Positions 47,108-58,378 of a stretch of DNA of 64,000 bases are shown in pieces; positions within the stretch are counted from its first letter, which is position 1; the number at the start of each line of letters is the position of its first letter. A model generated the notes under the pieces. That model made no database searches, was not told the DNA's origin, and saw nothing but the letters and a program-made list of their open reading frames with translations. The DNA is from an uncultured Candidatus Saccharibacteria bacterium. Its GTDB lineage: Bacteria > Patescibacteriota > Minisyncoccia > Phycocordibacterales > Phycocordibacteraceae. Location: assembly GCA_964607655.1 (NCBI GenBank), contig CAZSKX010000001.1, positions 6,314 through 70,313 on the forward strand, given 5' to 3'. A program made the position numbers and the translations under genes.

Positions 47108-47218
47108 CGCTCGAAGTTGTTGCTCGGCATGAGCGCGATATTTTCTTGCTAGAAAATTCGCTCTGCTCGGGCCGTCGCCCTGCGCAACTCATTTCTCACA
47201 ACAATATTCTCGCTCACT

Positions 47219-47887
47219 ATGAAATTCCATTTAGTCACCCTATTTCAAGAAGCGTGCGATGCGTACTTGAGCGCGTCGATCATTGGGCGTGCACGAGAGG
47301 AGAAGCAGATCAAAGTTGAGTACCAGAACCCGCGGGACTTTGTCGTGATTCCGAAGGACCGACCGAACCAGAGCTACAAGAAAGTAGACGATCGTCCGTA
47401 TGGCGGCGGCCCGGGGATGGTGATGACGGCTCTGCCCGTAGTGAAGGCGGTTGAGAAGGCGCTTAAGGGTAAAAAGCGGCCAGTGGTTATCTGGTTCTCA
47501 CCGAGTGGAAAACAATTTACGAACAAAGACGCAGACACGCTCGCGAAGAAATACACCGACGTAGTGCTCGTTTGTGGTCGTTATGAGGGGATCGATGAGC
47601 GGGCGAAGAAGCTTATTAAGACCCTCGCGCCGATCAAAGAATTTGCCGTGGGCGAGGCAGTCTATACGGGAGGGGAAGTGCCAGCCCTCGCGATCGTGGA
47701 CGCGGTCACGCGTCGCTTGCCGGGCGTGCTGGGCAAAGACGCGTCAGTCGAAGAGCGCCGCGTCGCCTCCTCGGCGGTCTACACGCGTCCCGAAACGATT
47801 TCATACAACAAGAAGAATTACCGCGTACCGAAGGTCCTCCAAACCGGCCATCATGCTGCCATTGACAAATGGCGTAAAGAGAGGTAA
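47219..47887 (+). CDS. trmD: tRNA (guanine37-N1)-methyltransferase
   Basis: Region GRYEGIDERA...VGEAVYTGGEVPALAIVDAVTRRLPGVLG resembles the TrmD core. Confidence 0.85.
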   Translation: MKFHLVTLFQEACDAYLSASIIGRAREEKQIKVEYQNPRDFVVIPKDRPNQSYKKVDDRPYGGGPGMVMTALPVVKAVEKALKGKKRPVVIWFSPSGKQFTNKDADTLAKKYTDVVLVCGRYEGIDERAKKLIKTLAPIKEFAVGEAVYTGGEVPALAIVDAVTRRLPGVLGKDASVEERRVASSAVYTRPETISYNKKNYRVPKVLQTGHHAAIDKWRKER

Positions 47888-47940
47888 TGTTTTAGGGGCC
47901 CTAGGAGACAATCACATTTAACCCTAGGGAGGAGGTCAGA

Positions 47941-48279
47941 ATGATTCTGTACATTGTCCCTCCGATTCGGCACAAACAAACCGGTAAAACGGTTCGGCTT
48001 ATCCTGTGGTGGCTGCGCGATCGCGTGATCATCAAGGACATGGACGCACCGGACTACCAAGGCCTGCATCTCTTTCCCTCGGGTCGTGAGATCGGTGGAG
48101 ATTCGAACCAGCGTCCCACCATCGATCTCGTGAGATTCCTTCCCAAGGGCATGGGATGGGAGATCACGGGTGAAACTGCGGAAGGGAAGGAATTCACGTT
48201 CGAGATTCGACATGACTTCGTCGAACAACACAGCATTTTCGCGGACGATCCTGTCTATGAAAAGCTGGCCGCGGCCTAG
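47941..48279 (+). CDS. Hypothetical protein (it occupies the position where rplS is usually found but is not L19)
   Basis: GGGAGGAGG SD. 112 aa. A terminator follows. Confidence 0.4.
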   Translation: MILYIVPPIRHKQTGKTVRLILWWLRDRVIIKDMDAPDYQGLHLFPSGREIGGDSNQRPTIDLVRFLPKGMGWEITGETAEGKEFTFEIRHDFVEQHSIFADDPVYEKLAAA

Positions 48280-48297
48280 CAGTAGTCGGCACCGACG

Positions 48298-48327
48298 CCG
48301 CCCCGGTATAAGTGGGCGGTTTTTTTA
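48298..48327 (+). terminator. Rho-independent terminator
   Basis: CCGCCC-CGGTATAAGT-GGGCGG followed by TTTTTTT. Confidence 0.7.
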
Positions 48328-48352
48328 TTTATGAATAGGAGTGAATAACTCC

Positions 48353-48450
48353 TTGACCAGAAAAACTTTAGCGCTATAACTAGCGCAGGAGTGCGGGAGA
48401 TGGTCTTTCGCAGTGGGAGTGGCCACTTAACTTTAAGGTGGCGTGGGGTA
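48353..48450 (+). promoter_or_regulatory. Cassette 1: sigma70-like promoter (TTGACC-16-TATAAC) plus conserved structured 5' leader (hairpin GCGGGAG-ATGGT-CTTTCGC, then a second hairpin with a TTTAA loop)
   Basis: The leader AGGAGTGCGGGAGATGGTCTTTCGCAGTGGGAG recurs in cassettes 2 and 3, with compensatory changes in the stem. Confidence 0.55.
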
Positions 48451-48454
48451 CGAT

Positions 48455-48649
48455 ATGCCAGCTAAGGTGCTGATGATGGGGTGTGCCGAAGGCGCGCAGA
48501 CGGTGGAGCTGAGTCCGATCGAGCGCGAGCTCAGGCGGCAGGAAGAGGAGTGCGAACGGCGCGCGGCGCGAAGAGCTGATGTGCCCGACGACTGGCCGAC
48601 CTTTCCGGCGGGCTGTCGCTGGGTCGGCCACGAGATGGAGCAGAACTGA
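48455..48649 (+). CDS. Small hypothetical protein (cassette 1, ~64 aa)
   Basis: AAGGTGG SD upstream (alternative GTG start at 48443). A terminator follows at 48702. Confidence 0.35.
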   Translation: MPAKVLMMGCAEGAQTVELSPIERELRRQEEECERRAARRADVPDDWPTFPAGCRWVGHEMEQN

Positions 48650-48701
48650 TCGGTTATTTCCCTAGCTGGCAGTCGTTCACTACGACGCTAGACCTTTACA
48701 A

Positions 48702-48745
48702 GATCCCGGTCGCACGTTGGTGCAACCGGGATCTCTATTTGTACA
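48702..48745 (+). terminator. Terminator of cassette 1
   Basis: GATCCCGGTCGCAC-GTTG-GTGCAACCGGGATC followed by TCTATTTGT. Confidence 0.6.
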
Positions 48746-48751
48746 GGGGGA

Positions 48752-48855
48752 TTGACGTATTTGAATAGATGAGTATAATATAACCCAGGAGTGCGAGAGA
48801 TGGTCTTTCGCAGCGGGAAGCGACGTCGTGCTTTAACGACGTGTGGGAGAGGAAG
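48752..48855 (+). promoter_or_regulatory. Cassette 2: promoter (TTGACG-16-TATAAT) plus conserved leader (hairpin GCGAGAG-ATGGT-CTTTCGC, second hairpin CGACGTCGTG-CTTTA-ACGACGTG)
   Basis: The leader AGGAGTGCGAGAGATGGTCTTTCGCAGCGGGAAG lies exactly 400 nt from the cassette 1 copy. Confidence 0.55.
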
Positions 48856-48866
48856 TGGCAAACAAA

Positions 48867-49217
48867 ATGTCTGAACTCACGATGAGGTGGATTGCGACGG
48901 AGATTCTTGCCGAGGCACAGCGGATTGGGACGCACTCCGAGAGGGTGCTCGCCAGCCCGATACTTCGTCGAGTGCTTCTCAATCGTCTGAACGAAGAGAA
49001 ACTCGTCACCGACGAGATGCTCGATAGCTCGAAGGATCTCGCGCGAGTCATCGCACGAAGGCGGGGCGTGTCCTTCGGCACGAAAGAAGAGGATGGCCAT
49101 CGCGCGCTGATCGCAGTTCGTCCTGAGAACTGGGAAGCAGGTCGGGGACGGCAGCGGATCGACAGATTCGTTGACGCTCATCTGGGTCTCCTCCCGAACT
49201 CCGGCGGGCGATCCTGA
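48867..49217 (+). CDS. Small hypothetical protein (cassette 2, 116 aa)
   Basis: GGGAGAGGAAGTGG SD before the ATG. A terminator follows. Confidence 0.4.
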   Translation: MSELTMRWIATEILAEAQRIGTHSERVLASPILRRVLLNRLNEEKLVTDEMLDSSKDLARVIARRRGVSFGTKEEDGHRALIAVRPENWEAGRGRQRIDRFVDAHLGLLPNSGGRS

Positions 49218-49220
49218 ACA

Positions 49221-49270
49221 GTGAAGAGGGGTCCCGACGGCGTAAGCCCGAGGGACCTTCACTTTTCTGT
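49221..49270 (+). terminator. Terminator of cassette 2
   Basis: GTGAAG-AGG-GGTCCCG...CGAGGGACC-TTCAC followed by TTTTCTG. Confidence 0.55.
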
Positions 49271-49345
49271 AGACGTCGAATATTCAGTGTGCATAATTAA
49301 CATGGGTGTGCGAAAGGTGGTCTTTCGCTCTTGGAGTTACGCTAC
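49270..49345 (+). promoter_or_regulatory. Cassette 3: promoter (TAGACG-16-CATAAT) plus conserved leader (hairpin GCGAAAG-GTGGT-CTTTCGC)
   Basis: Leader GTGTGCGAAAGGTGGTCTTTCGCTCTTGGAG. The stem is a perfect complement here and carries G-U wobbles in copies 1 and 2, which is covariation. Confidence 0.5.
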
Positions 49346-49370
49346 TTAAAGGCGAGAAAAGGAACACGTC

Positions 49371-49580
49371 GTGGCAGTTCGAAAAAGAGAGATGGGAGAA
49401 TACGTGAATCCGACCCGGGCGGAGATGCTCGCGGACAATGCCAAGCGCTTGGAGGAGCGGCTCAAGCAGCAGGCGAAGGAAGCTTCAGGAGGTCGTCCTC
49501 CTCGCAGCATCGACCGGTCGCCCGAGAGGGTGCGCAGAAGCGGCGTTATGGCCGCGAGCGTGAGAGAGGGTGGCTGCTAG
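49371..49580 (+). CDS. Small hypothetical Arg/Glu-rich protein (cassette 3, 62–69 aa; start ambiguous, GTG 49371 or ATG 49392)
   Basis: The ORF is followed by a terminator at 49600–49640. Confidence 0.3.
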   Translation: MAVRKREMGEYVNPTRAEMLADNAKRLEERLKQQAKEASGGRPPRSIDRSPERVRRSGVMAASVREGGC

Positions 49581-49599
49581 AGCCGCCCCAAGACCGAAG

Positions 49600-49640
49600 A
49601 GGGCCCAGGAGCTGTCATGCTCCCGGGCCCTTTCTTTGTC
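49600..49640 (+). terminator. Terminator of cassette 3
   Basis: AGGGCCCAGGA-GCTGTCATGC-TCCCGGGCCCT followed by TTCTTTG. Confidence 0.5.
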
Positions 49641-49812
49641 CCCAGGGACGCTTGCCTAGCCGAGAGCCCTTTGCTACACTCAGGGCACAAGATACGGGTG
49701 GGTCACGACGTGCGGCGAGTCTATACATAGGGATTTTTTAGAGAAACGTAAGCGGAAACGCCTTTTTCGTGCGTTTATGTGCGTATTATATTAACCACTT
49801 CACGGCAACCAC

Positions 49813-52992
<3,180 letters not shown>

Positions 52993-53022
52993 ATCTAATT
53001 TATTAACTCTCATATCACCTCT

Positions 53023-56000
53023 ATGGCATTCACTCCCCGCAAACTCCCGATGAAAGATACCTGGAATGGACTCCGGCTGACCCTCGCGTCTCCTGAGCGC
53101 ATTCTCCAGTGGTCGACCGGTGAAGTCACCAAGCCTGAGACGATCAACTACCGCACCCAGCGCTCTGAGAAGCACGGCCTCTTCGACGAGAAGATCTTCG
53201 GTCCTGAGAAGGACTACGAGTGTTACTGTGGTAAGTACAAGGGCATCCGCTACAAGGGTATTGTCTGTGACAAGTGTGGCGTCGAGATCACCCGCTCGAT
53301 CGTCCGCCGCGAGCGCATGGGCCACATCGAGCTCTGCTCGCCGGTCGCACACATCTGGTTCCTTCGCTCAGTGCCGAGCCGCATGGCGCTCCTCCTTGGC
53401 GCGTCAGCAGCTGATGTCGAGAAAGTAGTCTACTTCGCCGGCTACATCATCACCAAGGTCACTGAAGACGAGAAGAAGCGTCTCCTTGCTGAGCTCGAGA
53501 GCGAGTACAAGAGCAAGCACAAGGCTACTGAAGACGAGAAGCTCCGTGAAGAGCTTAAGACGAAGATGAGTCTCGCTAAGGCCGAGATCGAAGGCATTGT
53601 TGTCGGTAAGGTGCTCGACGAGCTCGAGTATCACCGCTACTCAGTGAAGTACGGCGGTCTCTTCGAGGCGCGCATCGGCGCTGAAGCGATCTACGACATC
53701 TTCCGTGCGCTCGACCTGAAGGAGCTTGAGAAGAGCCTTTTGGCGCGCTACGAGAAGGCAGGTGCTGCCGAGCGCGAGAAGCTCGCGAAGCGTCTCTCGC
53801 TCATCGCTGGGTTCATCGCGTCAGGACTTCGCCCCGAATGGCTCTTCCTCACACGCATCCCAGTGATCCCACCAGCACTACGCCCGATGGTCGCCCTCGA
53901 AGGTGGTCGTCACGCGACTTCTGACGTCAACGATCTCTATCGCCGCGTCATCAATCGCAATAACCGCTTGAAGAAGCTCCTCGATATTCATGCACCAGAG
54001 GTGATCCTCCGCAACGAGAAGCGTATTCTCCAGGAGGCGGTTGACGCGCTCCTCGACAACTCGATCCGTAAGGGAGGCGGGACTGCGGGCGCTATGACGC
54101 CAGCTCAGCGCCGTCCGCTTAAGAGTCTCGCAGACTACTTGAAGGGTAAGCAGGGTTACTTCCGCCAGAACCTTCTCGGTAAGCGCGTCGACTACTCGGC
54201 TCGATCGGTGATCGTCGTCGGTCCAGATCTCGAGCTCGACGAGTGTGGTCTGCCGAAGCACATGGCTCTCGAGCTCTTCCGTCCGTTTGTGATCGCCGGA
54301 CTGCTCGAACGCGAACTCGCGTTTAACATCCGCGGCGCAGGACGCCTGATCGAAGACGGTGTCTCTGAAGTATGGGAGATCCTCGAAGAGGCGATTCGCG
54401 GCAAGTACGTGCTCCTTAACCGCGCCCCGACGCTCCACCGTCAGGGTATCCAGGCTTTCCGTCCTCGTCTTATCGAAGGCGACGCTATCCAGCTCCACCC
54501 GCTCGTTTGTAACGCCTTCAACGCAGACTTCGACGGCGACCAAATGGCCGTGCACCTTCCGCTCTCTGAAGAGGCGCAGTGGGAGGCGAAGAACGTGATG
54601 AGTGCCAACAAGAACATCTTGAAGCCAGGTTCAGGCGATATCATCGTGCTCACCGGTAAGCCGCTCGATATTATTCTCGGCGTTTACTGGCTCACGAAGG
54701 CGATCGATGGCGCGAAGGGTGAGGGCGAACATTTCGCCTCGCCAAATGCGGCGATCCTTACGAGTGAGTACGGCGCGATCGATATGCGCGCGAAGATTAA
54801 AGTCTTGCCAGTTGAAGGTAAGGCCAAGTATGCCGCCTACGAGGGCAAGGTCTTCGAGACGACGGTCGGCCGACTTCTCTTCAACACCGTGCTTCCGTCG
54901 GACTATCCGTTTATTAATGACACTATCAGTAAGAAGGTTCTCGCGCGCATCATCGACGACTGCATCAAGCAGTACGGTATCGATGCGGTGCCGGCGATCG
55001 TGAACAAGATCAAGCGCTTCGGCTTCGAGTACGCCACGAAGTCAGGTGTGTCGTGGTCAATCGACGACATCTCTGTCCCGGAGGGTAAGAAGAAAGTTAT
55101 CACTGAGGCCACCGAGAAGGTGACTAAGATTGAAGATGATTATAAGGACGGACTTCTCTCAGCAGAAGAGAAGCGCCGCATGGCGATCGAGGTGTGGCAG
55201 GGTGCTAAGCAGGAGGTTGAGCAGCTCGTGGCCGCAAATCTCGACCCGATGGGATCAGTCGCTGACATGGTGCGCTCAGGCGCTCGTGGTTCGATGGGTC
55301 AGGTGACGCAGATGGCCGGCATGAAGGGCCTTATCCAGAACACCGCTGGCGACACGATCGAAGTGCCGATCACCTCATCCTTCGCAGAAGGATTGAATCC
55401 GGTCGAGTACTTCATGAGTACCCACGGTGCTCGTAAGGGGCTCACCGACACTGCGCTCGGTACCGCAAAGGCCGGGTACCTCACGCGCCGTCTCTTCGAC
55501 GTAGCGCAGGACTCGATCGTTACCGAGAAGGACTGTAAGACGAAGCGTGGCGTGTCGATCAATCGCACCAGCTTCTCGGGTATCCAGATCGACTACGCTG
55601 AGGTGCTTCGCGGTCGCGTCCTCGCAGAAGATGTGAAGGATGCCGCAGGCAACACGCTCTTCAAGCGTGGCCAGTATCTCTTGGCTCCCGACGCAGAGGC
55701 TGTCGCTAAGGAAACATCGATCAATACGGTCATGGCACGCTCGCCGATGAGCTGTGAGACGCGCTACGGCATCTGTCAGACCTGCTACGGCATGGACCTC
55801 ACCACACAGGAGATGGTAGACCTCGGTGAAGCCGTCGGTACGGTCGCCGCACAGGCGATCGGTGAGCCGGGCACGCAGCTCACAATGCGTACCTTCCACT
55901 CAGGCGGTGTGGCGTCGATCGGTGGCGACATCACCCAGGGTCTCCCGCGCGTCGAAGAAATCTTCGAGAAGCGCTCGCCAAAGAATCCGGCTGTTATCTC

Positions 56001-56745
56001 TAAGAGCGACGGCATGGTGATGGAGATCAAGGAGGCTGGTCGCGAAAAGGTGATCGTCGTTGCTCCGGCTGCAGGCCAGGGCAAGAAGGATGGTTCAGCC
56101 TACGAGTACCTCGCGCCGTATCCTCGCGTACCGGTAGTGAAGGTGGGTGACGAGCTCAAGCGTGGCCAGATTGTCACCGACGGCTCGGCTGATCTCGATG
56201 AACTCTTCGAGTACGCCGGTCGCTCAGTGGTGCAGGAGTACATCATCGCGGAAGCGTCGAAGATCTACGAGCTTCAGGGTGCCTCGGTGTCGCGCAAGCA
56301 CCTTGAGGTGGTGGTCAAGCAGATGTTCTCACGCGTGAAGATCACGGACGCGGGCGATACCGAATACTCGGTAGGCGACGTGGTAGAAGATTGGGAATTT
56401 GCAAAGGCTGTACGCGAAATGGAGGAGGCAAACAAGATGCCGCCAAAGAGTAACGACATCGTACTCGGCATCAAGGAGTCGGCACTCAGCCGCCGTTCGT
56501 TCCTCTCGGCAGCGTCGTTCGAGCAGACCACGAAGATCCTCATCAACGCGGCGCTTCGCGGCTCGGTAGACCGCCTGCGTGGCCTTAAGGAGAACGTGAT
56601 CCTTGGGCGCCTGATCCCAGCCGGCACCGGCTTCATGGGTAGCGAGAAGTTCGCGAAGATCGCGAAGCTTCAGGCCGAGCGCCCAGCGCCGGCACCTGCA
56701 ACGGAATTCCGCTCGACGACTAATCGTCCACCACGCGTAATCTAA
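53023..56745 (+). CDS. rpoC: DNA-directed RNA polymerase beta' subunit
   Basis: Zinc finger CYCGKYKG...CDKCGVE and catalytic NADFDGDQMAVH. 1240 aa. Confidence 0.9.
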   Translation: MAFTPRKLPMKDTWNGLRLTLASPERILQWSTGEVTKPETINYRTQRSEKHGLFDEKIFGPEKDYECYCGKYKGIRYKGIVCDKCGVEITRSIVRRERMGHIELCSPVAHIWFLRSVPSRMALLLGASAADVEKVVYFAGYIITKVTEDEKKRLLAELESEYKSKHKATEDEKLREELKTKMSLAKAEIEGIVVGKVLDELEYHRYSVKYGGLFEARIGAEAIYDIFRALDLKELEKSLLARYEKAGAAEREKLAKRLSLIAGFIASGLRPEWLFLTRIPVIPPALRPMVALEGGRHATSDVNDLYRRVINRNNRLKKLLDIHAPEVILRNEKRILQEAVDALLDNSIRKGGGTAGAMTPAQRRPLKSLADYLKGKQGYFRQNLLGKRVDYSARSVIVVGPDLELDECGLPKHMALELFRPFVIAGLLERELAFNIRGAGRLIEDGVSEVWEILEEAIRGKYVLLNRAPTLHRQGIQAFRPRLIEGDAIQLHPLVCNAFNADFDGDQMAVHLPLSEEAQWEAKNVMSANKNILKPGSGDIIVLTGKPLDIILGVYWLTKAIDGAKGEGEHFASPNAAILTSEYGAIDMRAKIKVLPVEGKAKYAAYEGKVFETTVGRLLFNTVLPSDYPFINDTISKKVLARIIDDCIKQYGIDAVPAIVNKIKRFGFEYATKSGVSWSIDDISVPEGKKKVITEATEKVTKIEDDYKDGLLSAEEKRRMAIEVWQGAKQEVEQLVAANLDPMGSVADMVRSGARGSMGQVTQMAGMKGLIQNTAGDTIEVPITSSFAEGLNPVEYFMSTHGARKGLTDTALGTAKAGYLTRRLFDVAQDSIVTEKDCKTKRGVSINRTSFSGIQIDYAEVLRGRVLAEDVKDAAGNTLFKRGQYLLAPDAEAVAKETSINTVMARSPMSCETRYGICQTCYGMDLTTQEMVDLGEAVGTVAAQAIGEPGTQLTMRTFHSGGVASIGGDITQGLPRVEEIFEKRSPKNPAVISKSDGMVMEIKEAGREKVIVVAPAAGQGKKDGSAYEYLAPYPRVPVVKVGDELKRGQIVTDGSADLDELFEYAGRSVVQEYIIAEASKIYELQGASVSRKHLEVVVKQMFSRVKITDAGDTEYSVGDVVEDWEFAKAVREMEEANKMPPKSNDIVLGIKESALSRRSFLSAASFEQTTKILINAALRGSVDRLRGLKENVILGRLIPAGTGFMGSEKFAKIAKLQAERPAPAPATEFRSTTNRPPRVI

Positions 56746-56765
56746 AGTATTTAAAAGGGAATAGA

Positions 56766-56803
56766 AAAACGGCGGGGACCCCGAGGGGTTCCCGCCGTTT
56801 TGA
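56766..56803. terminator. Bidirectional palindromic terminator (copy A of a repeated element)
   Basis: AAAACGGCGGGGACC-CCGAG-GGGTTCCCGCCGTTTT. An identical sequence occurs at 58032. Confidence 0.7.
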
Positions 56804-56814
56804 GACACACGCTC

Positions 56815-57009
56815 TCACGATCGGTTTGGCCGCGATCCTCGGCGCTTGCTATATTTGTATTCTTCTACCGCATCAAACGTTAGAGGAATACCCGTGCCTA
56901 GCACAGCACCGATTGCACCGCTAACCGAGTCGTCGACGAAGGCCCCGCCAAGCATGTAGCCAACAATGCCAGCCAGAACCAAAAGTGTAAGACGAATAAC
57001 TAACTGCAT
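56815..57009 (-). CDS. Small membrane protein (64 aa, Gly-zipper-like TM)
   Basis: AGGAGG SD 7 nt before ATG 57009. MQLVIRLTLLVLAGIVGYMLGG... Confidence 0.45.
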   Translation of the reverse strand: MQLVIRLTLLVLAGIVGYMLGGAFVDDSVSGAIGAVLGTGIPLTFDAVEEYKYSKRRGSRPNRS

Positions 57010-57084
57010 AGAACTTCCTCCTAAAGAACGGATTTGCCAGGGCGTGCGAATACTATGGCATATATGGATTGGGCTGGCAAGCTG

Positions 57085-57122
57085 CCTCGGAAAATGCCGA
57101 GAATAGGCTAAAATTGAGGTGA
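57085..57122. repeat. 38-nt repeat element, copy A (CTCGGAAAATGCCGAGAATAGGCTAAAATTGAGGTGAT)
   Basis: The second copy at 58341–58378 has one mismatch. Each copy contains a small hairpin CTCGG-AAAAT-GCCGAG and lies upstream of both a + strand gene (hicB / dnaG) and a - strand small membrane-protein gene. Confidence 0.6.
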
Positions 57123-57159
57123 TATACATCGATATGAGCCAATATGCTATACTGCGCCG

Positions 57160-57390
57160 ATGAAGCGCAACATCCTACAATTTCAAGTCACCGAGAGTGA
57201 TGGCGGCTACGTCGCCGAGGGGGTGAGTGTGCCGGTAGTCACGCAGGGCGACACGCTCGACGAGCTTGCTGCGAATATTCGCGAGGCAGTCGAGTTATTT
57301 GTTGAAGGGGAAGATCTGTCCGAGCTCGGCTTTACACCCGAGCCTTCCGTACTGGTCAACTTCGAGCTCCCCTCAGTGGTGCATGCCTAA
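57160..57390 (+). CDS. hicB: HicB-family antitoxin
   Basis: Match to the HicB family over ILQFQVTESDGGYVAEGVSVPVVTQGDTLDELAANIREAVELFVEG. Extended -10 TGCTATACT just upstream (short or leaderless mRNA). Confidence 0.75.
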   Translation: MKRNILQFQVTESDGGYVAEGVSVPVVTQGDTLDELAANIREAVELFVEGEDLSELGFTPEPSVLVNFELPSVVHA

Positions 57391-57625
57391 GCCGAAACGA
57401 CTCTCAGGATCAGATGTTGTTCACATTCTCGAAAAGTTTGGATTTAGTATTGAGAGCCAACGCGGCAGTCATATGAAGCTTGTGCGTGCGAGCGTAGGAG
57501 GGAAGCAGGTGTTACTGCTTCCTAAGCATAAAGAATTAAAGACGGGTGCCGTAGTCGCTATTTTCAAACAAGCGTCTCGGTACATTTCAGAAGAGGAATT
57601 GCGGGCATATTTTTATACAACGTAA
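57383..57625 (+). CDS. hicA: HicA-family mRNA interferase toxin
   Basis: LEKFGFSIESQRGSHMKL...AIFKQA. The 8-nt overlap with hicB (GCATGCCTAA) is typical of TA pairs. Confidence 0.75.
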   Translation: MPKPKRLSGSDVVHILEKFGFSIESQRGSHMKLVRASVGGKQVLLLPKHKELKTGAVVAIFKQASRYISEEELRAYFYTT

Positions 57626-57626
57626 T

Positions 57627-57938
57627 ATGCCTAAAACACTTGAAGACCTACTTGTTCGAAAAATCGAGCTCAAAGAGGAGATAGCTGAATTGCTTGCGGC
57701 GAGTGATAGTGATTTTGAATTTAGCGACGTGCTCGATGCGATCTACGATGAAGAGGAGACCCAGGATTATCATAATCTTCTTATGATGTTCGACGATGGA
57801 AATCCTGAGAAGCTGAGTAATGCACTTGAGGTGGCGACTGACGCCTGGAATTGCTTCCCGCATCGAAGTCTCGATGGTTTTTCTCCCGCTGAAATGATTT
57901 TCAAATCTCTCCCACATGGGGATGAAACCCCCAAGTGA
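57627..57938 (+). CDS. Hypothetical acidic protein, translationally coupled to hicA (possible third TA-operon component)
   Basis: ATG 1 nt after the hicA TAA. 103 aa, pI acidic. A hairpin GAGCAAGGGGAACCCTTGCTC follows. Confidence 0.4.
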   Translation: MPKTLEDLLVRKIELKEEIAELLAASDSDFEFSDVLDAIYDEEETQDYHNLLMMFDDGNPEKLSNALEVATDAWNCFPHRSLDGFSPAEMIFKSLPHGDETPK

Positions 57939-58031
57939 AAGTTTGAGCAAGGGGAACCCTTGCTCAGTCGTGAGTCGCGCACGCCTGCGATGCGCCCAGC
58001 ACGGACGTTCTAGAGTTTTACAGAAATAAGA

Positions 58032-58066
58032 AAAACGGCGGGGACCCCGAGGGGTTCCCGCCGTTT
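58032..58066. terminator. Palindromic terminator, copy B (identical to 56766–56803)
   Basis: AAAACGGCGGGGACCCCGAGGGGTTCCCGCCGTTT. Confidence 0.65.
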
Positions 58067-58079
58067 CGCGTCGGTCTGT

Positions 58080-58250
58080 TTACGACCCCGGCGCTCTGGG
58101 CATCTTCAGCTTCTGCGTAAGGAGCGCCATCACGAGCATGAACGTAGCGAACAAACCGAAAGCGAGACTGATACCCGTGTGGCCGTTCGCGGCCGCAACG
58201 ATAGCGAGGACGTAGAACAGAGCGACGTACGTGAGTTGAATGTAGATCAT
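58080..58250 (-). CDS. Small membrane protein (56 aa, 2 TM)
   Basis: GGAGG SD 5 nt before ATG 58250. Same context as 56815–57009. Confidence 0.4.
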   Translation of the reverse strand: MIYIQLTYVALFYVLAIVAAANGHTGISLAFGLFATFMLVMALLTQKLKMPRAPGS

Positions 58251-58340
58251 ACGAGCCTCCAAAGTCCTGATTTGAGTCGCCCCGACAATCGGGCGCTCAT
58301 CAAAATAGGATAGCACGCATGAGTACAAAAGTCAAGCTCC

Positions 58341-58378
58341 CTCGGAAAATGCTGAGAATAGGCTAAAATTGAGGTGAT
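58341..58378. repeat. 38-nt repeat element, copy B. It abuts the dnaG start.
   Basis: CTCGGAAAATGCTGAGAATAGGCTAAAATTGAGGTGAT. The ATG of dnaG follows directly. Confidence 0.6.

Noticed and set aside
48386-48412. Leader motif GGAGTGCG...CTTTCGC as a CIRCE (HrcA) heat-shock operator.
   Set aside because: CIRCE is TTAGCACTC-N9-GAGTGCTAA. Here there is no GCACTC partner arm, and the downstream genes are not chaperones.
57160-57938. An orphan HicB antitoxin whose downstream partner is unrelated.
   Set aside because: The overlapping downstream ORF has the HicA signature (GSH motif, IFKQA), so this is a complete hicBA pair in the reversed (B-A) order.
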